This document shows, in pieces, positions 50,073 to 60,445 of a stretch of DNA of 64,000 nucleotides. The translations under genes and the position numbers were made by a program. The notes beneath the pieces are model-generated. The model was not told the origin of the DNA. It saw only the letters and a list, made by a program, of their open reading frames with translations, and did not search any database. Position 1 is the stretch's first letter; every line of letters begins with the position of its first letter. Origin of the DNA: Terriglobia bacterium (GTDB lineage: Bacteria; Acidobacteriota; Terriglobia; 20CM-2-55-15); NCBI GenBank assembly GCA_965218585.1, contig CBDCLE010000023.1:10162-74161 (forward strand), written 5' to 3'.

Positions 50073-51621
50073 ATGCATATCCGGCATCTCTATTTCGCGA
50101 TTCTAGTCGTTGTCGTTGCGCTCGGTAGCGCATGCAGTTCTCCGCCTCTTATCATCGAAGGGTTGACGTTGGACCCAAGACCGAGTGAGTCGGTTCCCCT
50201 GGCCGCACAGGTGACCTTTGAAACAAACCGGCCGACAACGGTGGCACTGCTGTTCGACGATGGTGATCGAACCTGGACCTCCGACTTGGGGCTCTCAAGC
50301 CAGACACGCCATGTCGTTCCGGTCCTGGGCATGCGTCCGGGTCGGACACATCAAGTTCGTGTGGTCGTTACCGATCAGGACGGACTCACGGCAACGTCCG
50401 AACTGCTGGCGATCACGACCGATCCTCTCCCCGAACTCTTTCCTCCGATAGACGTTCGCATCAGCGAGCCGGAACGAATGGAGCCGGGTGTGACTGTTTT
50501 CAGCCTTTCCTACAGGCCCGAAGGGGGAGGCGGTGGAAACGTGGGCCTCGCCGTCGCGGTGGACGAGGCCGGAGAAGTAGTCTGGTACTACACCACCGAC
50601 CATGGCGTTCGGGATATCCGGCAGCTCGACAACGGCCATATCCAGTATCTCTCCCGAAATCCCGGTGAGCCCTTATACGAAATCGAGTTTTCACCACGAA
50701 GCCTTCCGGACAGCAACGGGAAACATCCTGACCTCCAGTGCGGATCTGAGAACCTATGACAACTACCCGACCAGCGATTCGGACCCCAATGCACCTCGAG
50801 GTGCCGCCGAATTGATCGGGGACACTCTGATCGAATTCACTCCCGAGGGAGAAATCGTTCGTGAAGTGAAACTACTGGACCTGGTCGATCCCTACCGTTT
50901 TGGATATGGATCGATCGGAGGGGGAGCAGCCCTGGGAAACGTCTTCGGTCCTCGGGGTGAGAATCCCCGTCACGACTGGGCCCATCTCAACGCCGTCATT
51001 CCAGACGACACCGGACGCTACGCGATTGCATCCCTCAGGCACCAGGACGCTGTAGTGAAGGTCGACATGGAGACAGGTGAACTGGTTTGGATTCTGGGCA
51101 ACCACGACGGATGGGGACCCCGATGGCAGGATCTTCTATTAGAGCCCCAGGGCGACCTCCTCTGGAACTACCATCAGCATGCGTCCACGATCACGCCAAG
51201 CGGAACACTCCTCATGTTCGACAACGGCAATTTCCGCGCGTCACCGTACGAGGAACCGATGACGCCGGCAGAGTCCTTCAGCCGAGCGGTTGAATACCGC
51301 ATCGACGAAGAGAGCATGCAGGTGACGGAAGTGTGGTCCTCTGGAGATGATGGAGACGAACGCTTCTTCGCTAACTTCCAGGGTGACGCCGACTGGATGC
51401 CACAGACGGGCAACGTTCTTATTACGTATGGAGGACTGGTCTCAGACGCTGACGGGATCTCTGTGGAAGGCCAAGCCGGTCACAGTTGGGCTCGAATCGC
51501 GGAGGTGACCCATGATACTCCTGCGGAAAAAGTGTTCGAGTTTTTCATAGACGATCAGCGCCCTGAAGGCTGGTCTGTTTATCGCGCTGAACGACTTCCC
51601 AGCCTCTATCCCTCAAGATAG
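50073..51621 (+). pseudogene. Arylsulfotransferase lipoprotein paralogue with an internal deletion and frameshift at ~50686
   Basis: GGAGG RBS and lipobox LGSAC. Highly similar to 1-1410 but lacks about 30 codons between LYEI and HHE. Confidence 0.8.
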
Positions 51622-51703
51622 ATTCCACGGTTGAAAATAGTTCGAGGAACTGAAGGAAGGGCGCTGCCGCGGGCCCAAACCAACGGCAGCGATGATTCGA
51701 ATA

Positions 51704-53107
51704 TTACCGTTCCAGCAAATCCGCCGGAGTCTGACCCTCGTCGTTTTCGATCGTCATCGAGGCTCCGAAGGCGACGAGTGCATCATAGATGCTCTGAGCT
51801 CCATTCGACGCAGCAAGATGCAGGGGAGTATTCCCGGTTCCCCGATCCACGGTATCGACACGGGCACCCGCCGCAAGCAGCGCCTTTGCCATTTCAAATC
51901 GGGCAGGCAGATCCCTGAGCGGGCGCCTCCGACCGCCGGGACCCGGGGCCCCACCGCCGAGGACGGCTAACAGCGGCGTGACACCGAGTTCAGTCTGGAT
52001 CGAGGGGTATGCTCCGGCTTCAACAAGCAAGCTTACAGCCTCCGGACTCGCGATGGTGGTCGCCAGATACAGCGGGGTTGCACCAGCGGCGATCCTGGCC
52101 CCGTAACCCCGATGACGCGCAATCCTCTTCGTGTATGTTTGATTCGGATCCGCACCGGCATCCAGAAGCCGCTCCAACGTGATCAGCGCATTTCCCTTAT
52201 CGGTTGTTGCGCCTAGCCTCTGGGCGTAGTTGATCGCATCCACGGCAAGATACAACGCACCGTCATCCAGATTCGCGCCGGATTCGATCATCGAAGCTAC
52301 GAAGTCGGCCTGTTGATTTGCGACCGCCGTCTGCAACGGCGTGTATCCGTATGCCTCCTCCTCAATGGTCATGTCGGCTCCGGCCGCGATCAGTTCAGCC
52401 CCGGCTTCGACATGCCCGGCCCGGGCCGCAAAATGAAGCGCCGTAAAGCTTCCCGCGGTCCTGTCGTTTCTTCCCATACCCGCCAGGGCCCGCCCGACGT
52501 CCGGATGCTCAAAGTAGCTCGTGACCTGATCGGTATCCGCACCGTTCTCAATCAGCATCTTGACGACCGGTGCATGGCCCTGGGAAGCAGCAAACATCAG
52601 CGCGCTCTGTCCCCATGCGTTTTCGATCGGTCGGACTTCCGTTCCGGCGTCGAGCAACATCTGGACAACTTCGGTGTTCCCCACACGAGCCGCAGCCATC
52701 AAAGGCGTTTCGCCTGATTCGAAAGCCGGTGCGTTCACATCCGCTCCAGCATCGACGAGCACCTCGACCATCTCCCGATTGCCCAGCGTAATCGCCTCGT
52801 GGAGCGGGCCCACGTTGAAGCGATTCACGAGATTCGGATCTGCACCTGCATCAAGCAACAGCATCGTGGCGTCGATGTCATCGCCGAATGCAGCCCACGC
52901 CAATGCCGAAGTGGTGTCGCCACCCACCTCATTCGGATCCGCGCCCGTGTCAAGAAGTCGACGGACTTGGTCCAGATCCCCGGACCGGACCGCAGTGACC
53001 AGTTCCGTGTTGCCGGGGCCGATCGAACTCTGGGCCGACAGCGGAGTCACAACGCCCACGGCTCCGATCATCAAGACCGTCATAAACAGAATCGTGTAGT
53101 TACGCAT
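51704..53107 (-). CDS. Secreted ankyrin repeat protein
   Basis: Signal peptide; repeats GETPLMAAA, TALHFAA, GNTPLHLAA, GADPN. Confidence 0.92.
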   Translation of the reverse strand: MRNYTILFMTVLMIGAVGVVTPLSAQSSIGPGNTELVTAVRSGDLDQVRRLLDTGADPNEVGGDTTSALAWAAFGDDIDATMLLLDAGADPNLVNRFNVGPLHEAITLGNREMVEVLVDAGADVNAPAFESGETPLMAAARVGNTEVVQMLLDAGTEVRPIENAWGQSALMFAASQGHAPVVKMLIENGADTDQVTSYFEHPDVGRALAGMGRNDRTAGSFTALHFAARAGHVEAGAELIAAGADMTIEEEAYGYTPLQTAVANQQADFVASMIESGANLDDGALYLAVDAINYAQRLGATTDKGNALITLERLLDAGADPNQTYTKRIARHRGYGARIAAGATPLYLATTIASPEAVSLLVEAGAYPSIQTELGVTPLLAVLGGGAPGPGGRRRPLRDLPARFEMAKALLAAGARVDTVDRGTGNTPLHLAASNGAQSIYDALVAFGASMTIENDEGQTPADLLER

Positions 53108-53136
53108 GTTTTTCTCCCGACAGCAGTAATCGATTC

Positions 53137-54519
53137 CTAGAGAGGAACAACGACATCTGTACTCTGGTTTTCCGCAGCCCCGAACGAATCGACCTCGACG
53201 CCGGCCAGATTCTGCATCGCCACGTGCAGATTCGAAATCGGCACCATTTCATCGAAGAACGGAATCCCGGGAATGTTCTCTTCCGCAGCCATTCGCCCCA
53301 TCTGGATATGCCGATCTCCGCGGAGTTTTCCCGCTCCGCCGCCGACGAGCAGCACTGGCATGTTCATGTGATCGTGGACCTGGGAGTTGCTCATTCCCGC
53401 GCCGTACATGATCACAATCGAATCGAGCAGGTTGCCATCGCCCTCTGGTGTCGACTTCAACTTATTCACGAACCGCTCGAACAGGCTCATGTGGTAAGCG
53501 TCGATCCGCGCCTTCATCTCCATCCTCTCCGGCAAATAACCGTGGTGCGACACCGGATGGTGGGGATCCGGAACGCCGAACTCAGGATAGGTCTGGCCGC
53601 TCAGTTCCCGCGCCAGCATGTACGACGTGACACGCGTCAGATCGCCCTGGAACGCCAGCGCCTGCAACTCGAACATCATGTCGATCTGTTGTTCAAACCC
53701 CAGGACATCAACCGGCACTTCGGGCGCCTCAAGATTTCTCGACTGTCGCTGCTCTTCGCCCCGAACCAACTGGCGCTCTACCGTACGGACATTCTCCATG
53801 TACTGATCCACTCGCGCGCGGTCTGAAGAGCCCAGCTCACCACCGAGCTCCCGGATATCCGCAGTGATCGTATCCAGAATGCTCGTGTTGTCACGCAGTC
53901 TCCGGGCCCGGGCTTCGGGCGTGGCATCGGCGCCGCCAAACAGACGCTCGAAGAGGGTGCGCGGTTCGCTCTCCATCGTCAGGGATTGCGTCGGGGTGCG
54001 CCAAGAGATCGTGTTCATGTAGGCGCAGTTATCATCGATCGCGCATGTCCCGATCAATTGGGATGCGTCTTCGGTCGCCACCTGCAGAGACTCAAAAATC
54101 GAATCTTTACCAACCTTCTGGGCGATGACCTGGTCCACGGTAGTGGCCAATCGCAGTCGGGTGTCTAGTTGATCGCCACCCGCTCCCGGAACGTTTCCAC
54201 TGAGCCACATCGGTGGGGATGGGGGGTGGTTCTGTACCCCGACGTTATAGAGCCCACTGACAACGTTGATGTATTCCCGATGAGGTTCCATCGACTTCAG
54301 CGCGAGCTTGAAATCAATCCCGGTACCGACCGTGTCTGGCATGAACTGTTTCATCAGAATACCGTTCGGCGTATACACCCACGCGAACCGTTGGATCGGC
54401 GCTTGCCCCGATTGCCCCATCACCGCCGGCACCATGGCATCGAGGAACGGCAGCGCAACAACCGCGCCAGCGCCCTTCAAAAAAGTTCTGCGAGACAGAT
54501 GTTTCTTGGTGATAAACAT
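53137..54519 (-). CDS. DUF1552 (HXXSHH) protein with Tat-like N-terminus
   Basis: SRRTFLKG..ALPFLDAM, HHPVSHH, EGDGNLLD. Confidence 0.9.
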   Translation of the reverse strand: MFITKKHLSRRTFLKGAGAVVALPFLDAMVPAVMGQSGQAPIQRFAWVYTPNGILMKQFMPDTVGTGIDFKLALKSMEPHREYINVVSGLYNVGVQNHPPSPPMWLSGNVPGAGGDQLDTRLRLATTVDQVIAQKVGKDSIFESLQVATEDASQLIGTCAIDDNCAYMNTISWRTPTQSLTMESEPRTLFERLFGGADATPEARARRLRDNTSILDTITADIRELGGELGSSDRARVDQYMENVRTVERQLVRGEEQRQSRNLEAPEVPVDVLGFEQQIDMMFELQALAFQGDLTRVTSYMLARELSGQTYPEFGVPDPHHPVSHHGYLPERMEMKARIDAYHMSLFERFVNKLKSTPEGDGNLLDSIVIMYGAGMSNSQVHDHMNMPVLLVGGGAGKLRGDRHIQMGRMAAEENIPGIPFFDEMVPISNLHVAMQNLAGVEVDSFGAAENQSTDVVVPL

Positions 54520-54617
54520 TCTCTTTCTCCTCCTCTATCTATGTCCTGAATCCATGTCCTGTACCAGCCAGTTCACAGGGTGAATATTCGTATTGACCAT
54601 GACTCGTGTTAATTAAG

Positions 54618-57050
54618 CTACTGCACTCGGGCCGATCGAGTTGGACCAGTATCGCTGACCCTCATTTGAAATGGAACACTGTTGACGATTCCCAGAATAA
54701 AAGACGAAAACCGATAGTCATTTTCCGACGCTGCCCGTGTCAAATCACGTACGACCGGCATGTCGGAGGGATCCAGGCCGCGGCCCAAGGCGTAGGTCAA
54801 CAGCCTCTCCGCAGCTGTCTGCGCAAACCTGTCCGGGTTCTGGATCAGCGCTTCGCCGAGCGCAAGCGGCCCCGCGACAGATCCGTAGTCCTGCAGGATA
54901 TGAATGACGCCGGCGTTCGCATCAACCGGGGCACCTCCATCGTCCTCACGCCACCGGCCCAATCCATCGTAGTTCTCCAGTGCCAGTCCGATCGGGTCCA
55001 TCAACTGATGGCAACCCGAACATGCCGGATTGGCCCGATGCTGCTCCATCCGTTCCCGCATCGTCGTTGGTGCACTCAGTTCCTCATCCAATGCCGGCAC
55101 GTTCGCGGGGGGATCGGGTGCCGGTGTGCCCAGAATATTGGTGAGTATGTAATTGCCGCGAAGCACCGGCGAAGTCCGGTTGGGATACGAATTGACCATC
55201 AGGATGGCTCCGTGTCCCAGGATACCTTTGCGGGTGCTATCCGGGCCCAACTCCACCCTCCGAAACTGTTCGCCGTAAATGTCGGGGATGCCGTAGGCAA
55301 GGGCCACTCTCTCGTTGATGTATGTGTAATCGGCTGTCAGCAACTCGTGGATCGGAAGATCCTGGCTGATGACTTCCAGGAAGAGCAGTTCGGTCTCTCG
55401 CCGGAAGGATTGCCGCAGGGTGTCATCGAAATCCGGGAACACCTGGTTGTTTGGCGTGTGGCCCTGCAGATTCCGGAAACCCAGCCATTGTTCCGCGAAG
55501 TTGGTGACCAGGGCTTCGGCACGGCTATCGGTCAACATGCGTCGCACCTGCTGCTCCAAGACCGCCGGCTCGCTCAGCCGGCCGTCCACGGCCAGATCCA
55601 GCAGTTGGTCGTCCGGAATGCTCGACCAGAGAAAGAACGAAATCCGGGAAGCCAGTTCCAGGTCGCTGATCGTGTAAGCCGAACCCGGGCCAATGTCCTC
55701 CGGATCGGTCTCGTGTCGGAACAGGAACTGCGGTGTCACCAGCATGTACGTCAGTGCCTTCTGGATACCTCGGTCGAAAGTGCCACCCGCATCTCTTTCA
55801 CTCTGATATTGGTCCATCAAACGTCCCAACTGGGATTCAGTCGGAGGACGCCGGTATCCACGACGTGCCATCGTCGTGAGAATTGATTCTGCACAACCAC
55901 TCGCTTGGGCCTCCGACGCCGGATAGCAGGTGAAGATCTGCCGGCGACTTGGAGACTCGCTGACGCCTGTAACCGTCAACGGACCTGAAATGCGCGTCAA
56001 CTTCACCTGGGGGTCCCCATAAAACCAGCTGAAGTCCAGCTCATGGAAAAACGGTTCGATGAGGTCAGGACGCACACCCGAAGTCTTTTTCAGGAAAGCG
56101 ATTCCGATATCATGCGGACCGGCCTGGAGTGTTACCGTAGTCTCGAGTCTTCCTTCGATCTCGAGTCCTTTTCGTGAGGGCGACGACACGGTCTCAAAGG
56201 ATTCCTCCGTACCTCCGAAGGTCGCGAGGTGGACGCGGCCACCGTCCACGCTGACTTCGAGCGTGTGCTCAAACTCCAACCCCCGGACGACGTCGAGCGT
56301 GCTTCGCATCAGCCTGGGACTGATTGTGTACTCTCCATCAACGGGAGCGTAGAACTTAACCAAATGGCCGCCACGAGTGCCCCGCGGCAGTCCTTCGACC
56401 CAGGTGTCCTGCTTGTGATCGGGTGTGACGAGGAAAGACTGGATTGCGGGCTGCATTTCTACGTCGCCGACCGCCCGACCCGTGGCCATCCACGCCGCGC
56501 TCAGGTATTGCCCCATCAACGTGGAATCGGTCCCCAGCACCTCGGCGATGTTGTCAAACCCGTTCAGTGCAGTGTCGGGCGGCAATAGATTCCGGGAGTT
56601 GAACTCGATGTCAAATAGGTCCCGGATCACGTTGCCGTACTCGGTACGATTGAGACGATGGATGTCTTTTCTGCCCGGATTAGGTCCGTCAGCGACGGCA
56701 CGGTCCAGCGCGTCTTCCAGGTAGGCGACAAAGCTGTCCGCAGCGGTCGCATCGATAGACCATCCCGCCGGCGGCATCATCCGCCCGCGCACCTTTCGGA
56801 TCACGCCTTCCCAAATGTCTGCCTCGGCGGCGACATTCGATAGCGTCATATCGACCTCATCCACCCATTGGCGAACCGGGACGAGGCTGGTGACTCCACC
56901 GCCCTGGTGACAGAACTGGCAGTTTTGCTCGATGAAGTTGATCTGAGCGGTGGCGGCCGGTTCCTGCGCCAGAACCGCATCTGGGGTCATGACAGCCAGG
57001 ACTACCGCCAGAATGCACGCGAACTGTATCGCGGAGGCGATTCGATTCAT
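54618..57050 (-). CDS. DUF1592/PSD-domain protein with two c-type heme motifs
   Basis: CQFCH, RLNRTEY, ELASRISFFLWSSIPD, TSPVLRG, CSGCH. Confidence 0.9.
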   Translation of the reverse strand: MNRIASAIQFACILAVVLAVMTPDAVLAQEPAATAQINFIEQNCQFCHQGGGVTSLVPVRQWVDEVDMTLSNVAAEADIWEGVIRKVRGRMMPPAGWSIDATAADSFVAYLEDALDRAVADGPNPGRKDIHRLNRTEYGNVIRDLFDIEFNSRNLLPPDTALNGFDNIAEVLGTDSTLMGQYLSAAWMATGRAVGDVEMQPAIQSFLVTPDHKQDTWVEGLPRGTRGGHLVKFYAPVDGEYTISPRLMRSTLDVVRGLEFEHTLEVSVDGGRVHLATFGGTEESFETVSSPSRKGLEIEGRLETTVTLQAGPHDIGIAFLKKTSGVRPDLIEPFFHELDFSWFYGDPQVKLTRISGPLTVTGVSESPSRRQIFTCYPASEAQASGCAESILTTMARRGYRRPPTESQLGRLMDQYQSERDAGGTFDRGIQKALTYMLVTPQFLFRHETDPEDIGPGSAYTISDLELASRISFFLWSSIPDDQLLDLAVDGRLSEPAVLEQQVRRMLTDSRAEALVTNFAEQWLGFRNLQGHTPNNQVFPDFDDTLRQSFRRETELLFLEVISQDLPIHELLTADYTYINERVALAYGIPDIYGEQFRRVELGPDSTRKGILGHGAILMVNSYPNRTSPVLRGNYILTNILGTPAPDPPANVPALDEELSAPTTMRERMEQHRANPACSGCHQLMDPIGLALENYDGLGRWREDDGGAPVDANAGVIHILQDYGSVAGPLALGEALIQNPDRFAQTAAERLLTYALGRGLDPSDMPVVRDLTRAASENDYRFSSFILGIVNSVPFQMRVSDTGPTRSARVQ

Positions 57051-57107
57051 TTCTTTAAGAACCTCTTAAAAAGCTAACTATTTTATAGATGCACTGAACG
57101 GACCCTC

Positions 57108-57653
57108 TCACAATGACAGGCTCTGTTCCATCTCTGTTCTCTCAGACTCTATTATCTCGGACTCTAGTATCCCGGATGGAACTCCATCGCGCAGACCCTT
57201 TTTCAAATTTTCGAGCATGGTGGACAACACCTGCACAAGAACTTCATAGTCCGCCTGCGAAATACCTCTCATCGCTCCTTTGCGCACGGCTAAGCTCAGC
57301 GGCATCGTATGCTCGACCAAGTCTTTCCCCTTCATGGTAACCGAAACTACGACGCCTCGGCCGTCCTCCGAGCTACGCGTGCGAGCAACTAAACCGGCTT
57401 TCACCAAGCCGTCCAGCTGCCTCTTGAGCGTTGTCACGTCTCGTCCGAGCAAATCCGCGAGCGGCTCCATGCGCTGGGGAGACTCCAGACCGGCCATGAC
57501 CGTCAGAACGATATGCTCCTCGACCGACAGCGGAATGTTGGCTGCTGCGAGATGCTGGCCAGTGCTAAGCCTCAGCAGGTGGGATACCCGTCCTGCTAGA
57601 AAAGCAGCCGAACTCCGGGCGTCGAGCCCTTCCGATACTTTTACTTTGCTCAT
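57108..57653 (-). CDS. MarR family transcriptional regulator
   Basis: LADLLGRD.TTL.R.LD.L...GLV.R.RS.EDGR...V..T.KG. Confidence 0.88.
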   Translation of the reverse strand: MSKVKVSEGLDARSSAAFLAGRVSHLLRLSTGQHLAAANIPLSVEEHIVLTVMAGLESPQRMEPLADLLGRDVTTLKRQLDGLVKAGLVARTRSSEDGRGVVVSVTMKGKDLVEHTMPLSLAVRKGAMRGISQADYEVLVQVLSTMLENLKKGLRDGVPSGILESEIIESERTEMEQSLSL

Positions 57654-57666
57654 AATTCTCACCTGT

Positions 57667-57696
57667 CTGTATAGTACAGCTATATCGGCCTGTCAA
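57667..57696 (-). promoter_or_regulatory. marR promoter with overlapping palindrome (putative auto-operator)
   Basis: Minus strand TTGACA-17 bp-TATACA; palindrome CTGTA-tag-TACAG at 57667-57679. Confidence 0.6.
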
Positions 57697-57829
57697 CGCT
57701 TTTCGCCCGAATTTCGTCTCGAGATCTACTGGTCGTACTCATTTCGCTCCTGGACGTGGCAGAGGTGACACCGGTTTGGCCTTTTCGCTATTATTTTGAG
57801 GGACTGCTTAACAAATCGGGGTCGCTTGC

Positions 57830-58591
57830 TTGCAAAGGAAGATAACGCTCACTTTCCTGTTTCTGACACTCTCAGGATGCCTGTCGACACTCTCAGGATG
57901 CCAGTCGGCTCAAAGGTTCGAGCGATTGCGCAGCGTGGTGGTTCAGGTTGGCGATGACTCGACGGGATTCATTGGTACAGGTTTCTTCATTCAAGACAGC
58001 GAACGTTGCACTCTCCTGACTGCCAAGCACGTGCTCAATCCTCCCAACCGTCCCCCGTTGGACAGGGACAACCTCAAAGTCCGGATGATCTATCCTCCTG
58101 GCGGGGACGTTCTTGCCTCGTTTCCTGTTAGCGTTTTCTACGAAGACCCTCAGCTCGATTTAGCTTTTCTGAGGGTGAATGAGTCTTGCGGAATAGGTAG
58201 GGACCTCCAGATTCAGCCATTACGGATCAGGCAGGAGTCGATCGCTGATGTCGGTGCGCCAGTGACTATCGTCGGCTACCCCGATGCAGGCAGTGGTATC
58301 GACCAGGTAACTGGCGAGCCGTTTCCACAGTCTATTCTTGCCATACCTGTCCTTCAGAGCGGTCACGTAGCGTTCACGGAAATCACATCGACACTTTCTT
58401 TTGGACAGAGAATGCTTCTGGACCTGATAGGAGCTAGTGGATTTAGCGGCGGTCCCGTGATTCTTAATGCGACCGGTGAAGTCATCGGCGTCGTATTCGG
58501 TCGTGCCACAACAGATGGGGACTTCAGTTCCAATTGGGCTACGCCCGTCACGCGTGAGATCTACGAGACGGCGATCGGCGAAAGTCGATGA
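57830..58591 (+). CDS. Trypsin-like serine protease, putative lipoprotein
   Basis: GTGFF, TAKHV, DLAFL, GFSGGP; LSGC lipobox occurs twice. Confidence 0.85.
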   Translation: MQRKITLTFLFLTLSGCLSTLSGCQSAQRFERLRSVVVQVGDDSTGFIGTGFFIQDSERCTLLTAKHVLNPPNRPPLDRDNLKVRMIYPPGGDVLASFPVSVFYEDPQLDLAFLRVNESCGIGRDLQIQPLRIRQESIADVGAPVTIVGYPDAGSGIDQVTGEPFPQSILAIPVLQSGHVAFTEITSTLSFGQRMLLDLIGASGFSGGPVILNATGEVIGVVFGRATTDGDFSSNWATPVTREIYETAIGESR

Positions 58592-58715
58592 TTCCCGACC
58601 GTTTCTTGTTTTAACTTTGAGGCAGTATGGAGAGCCGTGATGATCATCACGGCACCGAACCCGAGCGTGGGACAATCGGGAGCTGAAACGTATGGTCTCA
58701 GCTCCCTGGTATCGA

Positions 58716-59222
58716 TTAATCCGACGACACAGGACCTTCTGCCGGGAGGGTATCGTCCCCGAAGGCGATGTTACCCGTAACCGAGTCGCAGTGCATACCC
58801 GCTCGAGGCGCCTCGCCCATAGGACACTTGAACAGACCTGAACCGCCCCGGTCTCCACCGCGCCTGCCGGTCCGTAACGGATGGATACCCATGCTGAAAA
58901 CGGTTCCCTGCGGGAAGGTTTCCTCAGAGATGTTTTGCCGGCGCGCCTGCGCGGCACTTTCCATCTGAACGACCCAGACGACAGGCTCGCCTTCCTCATC
59001 CCGAAGCAACCCGTCCCGCCCTTCGTTCAGCTCGACAAAGTGCATCTCGAAGTGGGCGGCGTTGGGGACAATCCGGACCATGACGCCGGTAAACACCCGG
59101 TATATTGTTGCGTCATACATGGCGTAGGAGTGATGCGCATCCGCTGACGGCGTCGAAAATCCCAGCAGGGCTGCGACAGCGATCGCAATGATCATTGAAG
59201 TACTGACTTTCTTGATATCCAT
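58716..59222 (-). CDS. DUF6152-like secreted protein
   Basis: Signal peptide followed by AHHSYAMYD, then NAAH and W.V.M. Confidence 0.75.
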   Translation of the reverse strand: MDIKKVSTSMIIAIAVAALLGFSTPSADAHHSYAMYDATIYRVFTGVMVRIVPNAAHFEMHFVELNEGRDGLLRDEEGEPVVWVVQMESAAQARRQNISEETFPQGTVFSMGIHPLRTGRRGGDRGGSGLFKCPMGEAPRAGMHCDSVTGNIAFGDDTLPAEGPVSSD

Positions 59223-59252
59223 AAGTATTCCTCCGCTGAACTTACCTTAATA

Positions 59253-60445
59253 TTAATTGAACCCGAGGTCCAGTTCCTCCTGGGGCCGCTGCATGCCTTG
59301 CTCGAAATACGTTTCCCAGGATTCAGCCCATGGGCGGCTGCCCATGTCCCATACCCGGAACGGGATGATCTCTCCCGGAACGATCGGCGTGGCGCGACCT
59401 TCGATCGGGTACATCGGGCGGATACATTCGTTGTTCGAGAACCGACCGGACTCGGCGAGGGAGCGCTGGTAACTTCGGTACGTGATAAGCCTCACCGGTT
59501 GGGCCAGGGCCTGGGCGTCGTAGATCACTGCTTCCCAGTCGAGCCCGATCATGTTGCCTGCCGCGTCGTTCACCGGCGTGAAGATCTCGACCGTCTCCAG
59601 GGCATCGCTCCACTCCCAGCTCGAGTGCTGGTTCCAGCCCTGCACGTTCGAGGTCATGGTGATCAGGGCGTCGCCGTCCCAGAAGCCGATGGTATCGCCG
59701 TACCACTGGGGCGGACCTCCACCCAGTGGAAACTCACCATTGAGAAACACCGTACGCTTCATCGTGTTTCCGATCATCAACACGACTTCGGGAGTGACTA
59801 CGAATCGGCTGGGCATTGTTCCTCCGGTCGCCCACTGCCGCATGAACCCTTCTGGAAAGCAGTAGGAGGCGGACCACTGATGGGCCCCATTGATACCCTC
59901 ATGATAGATCTGTTGCACCATGCGCTGTTGATGCTCTGGAGTCAGCAGCGAGAGAATCGTCGGCATCTGGTTGGCCCGCATATAGTTCCAAACAACTCGG
60001 CGCGTACCGTCTCCACCATAAGCCCCATCCCACTTGGGCATGGTCTCGTAGGTATGCCGGGTCGGCCCGCCACGGGATTCCACATCCGCCAGCAGTGCAG
60101 CGTAGTGTTCCCCGGCGCTATCGAAGCCATAGGGACTGAGGATGTTCTCAACGGGCCAGTCCTCGTCGCAGTTGCCCCACCGCGCTGAGACCGGCTCATT
60201 GGCGCCGATGCGCGGGTCGGAAGTGGCCCGGCCTGCGCCGCCGCTGCGCAGATCCGCCATCATCCTCGGGGCGTTGCAGCGCCAGTATCGCTGATCCATC
60301 CACAGGTCGCGGTCCTGGTAGAAATCCGTCGTCGTGAATACATCCCTCGGCAACGCCTGGACACCATCGGGCGGCCGGGCGTCAAACTCCGAACCCGCAC
60401 CATAACTGGTAACGTCCACCGGCGGGTACATGGCGGGAACGGCAA
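59253..60445 (-). pseudogene. Hypothetical secreted-type protein co-oriented with DUF6152, 5'-truncated
   Basis: YCFPEGF.R, WYGDTIGFWDGDAL, SDALETVE. No start codon or signal peptide; the frame runs into the antisense strand of the epimerase. Confidence 0.6.

Noticed and set aside
5741-55886. Long antisense or alternative-frame ORFs (e.g. 5741-6754, 13455-14507, 21517-22428, 54606-55886)
   Set aside because: They are shadows of well-supported genes in GC-rich DNA and carry no recognisable motifs.
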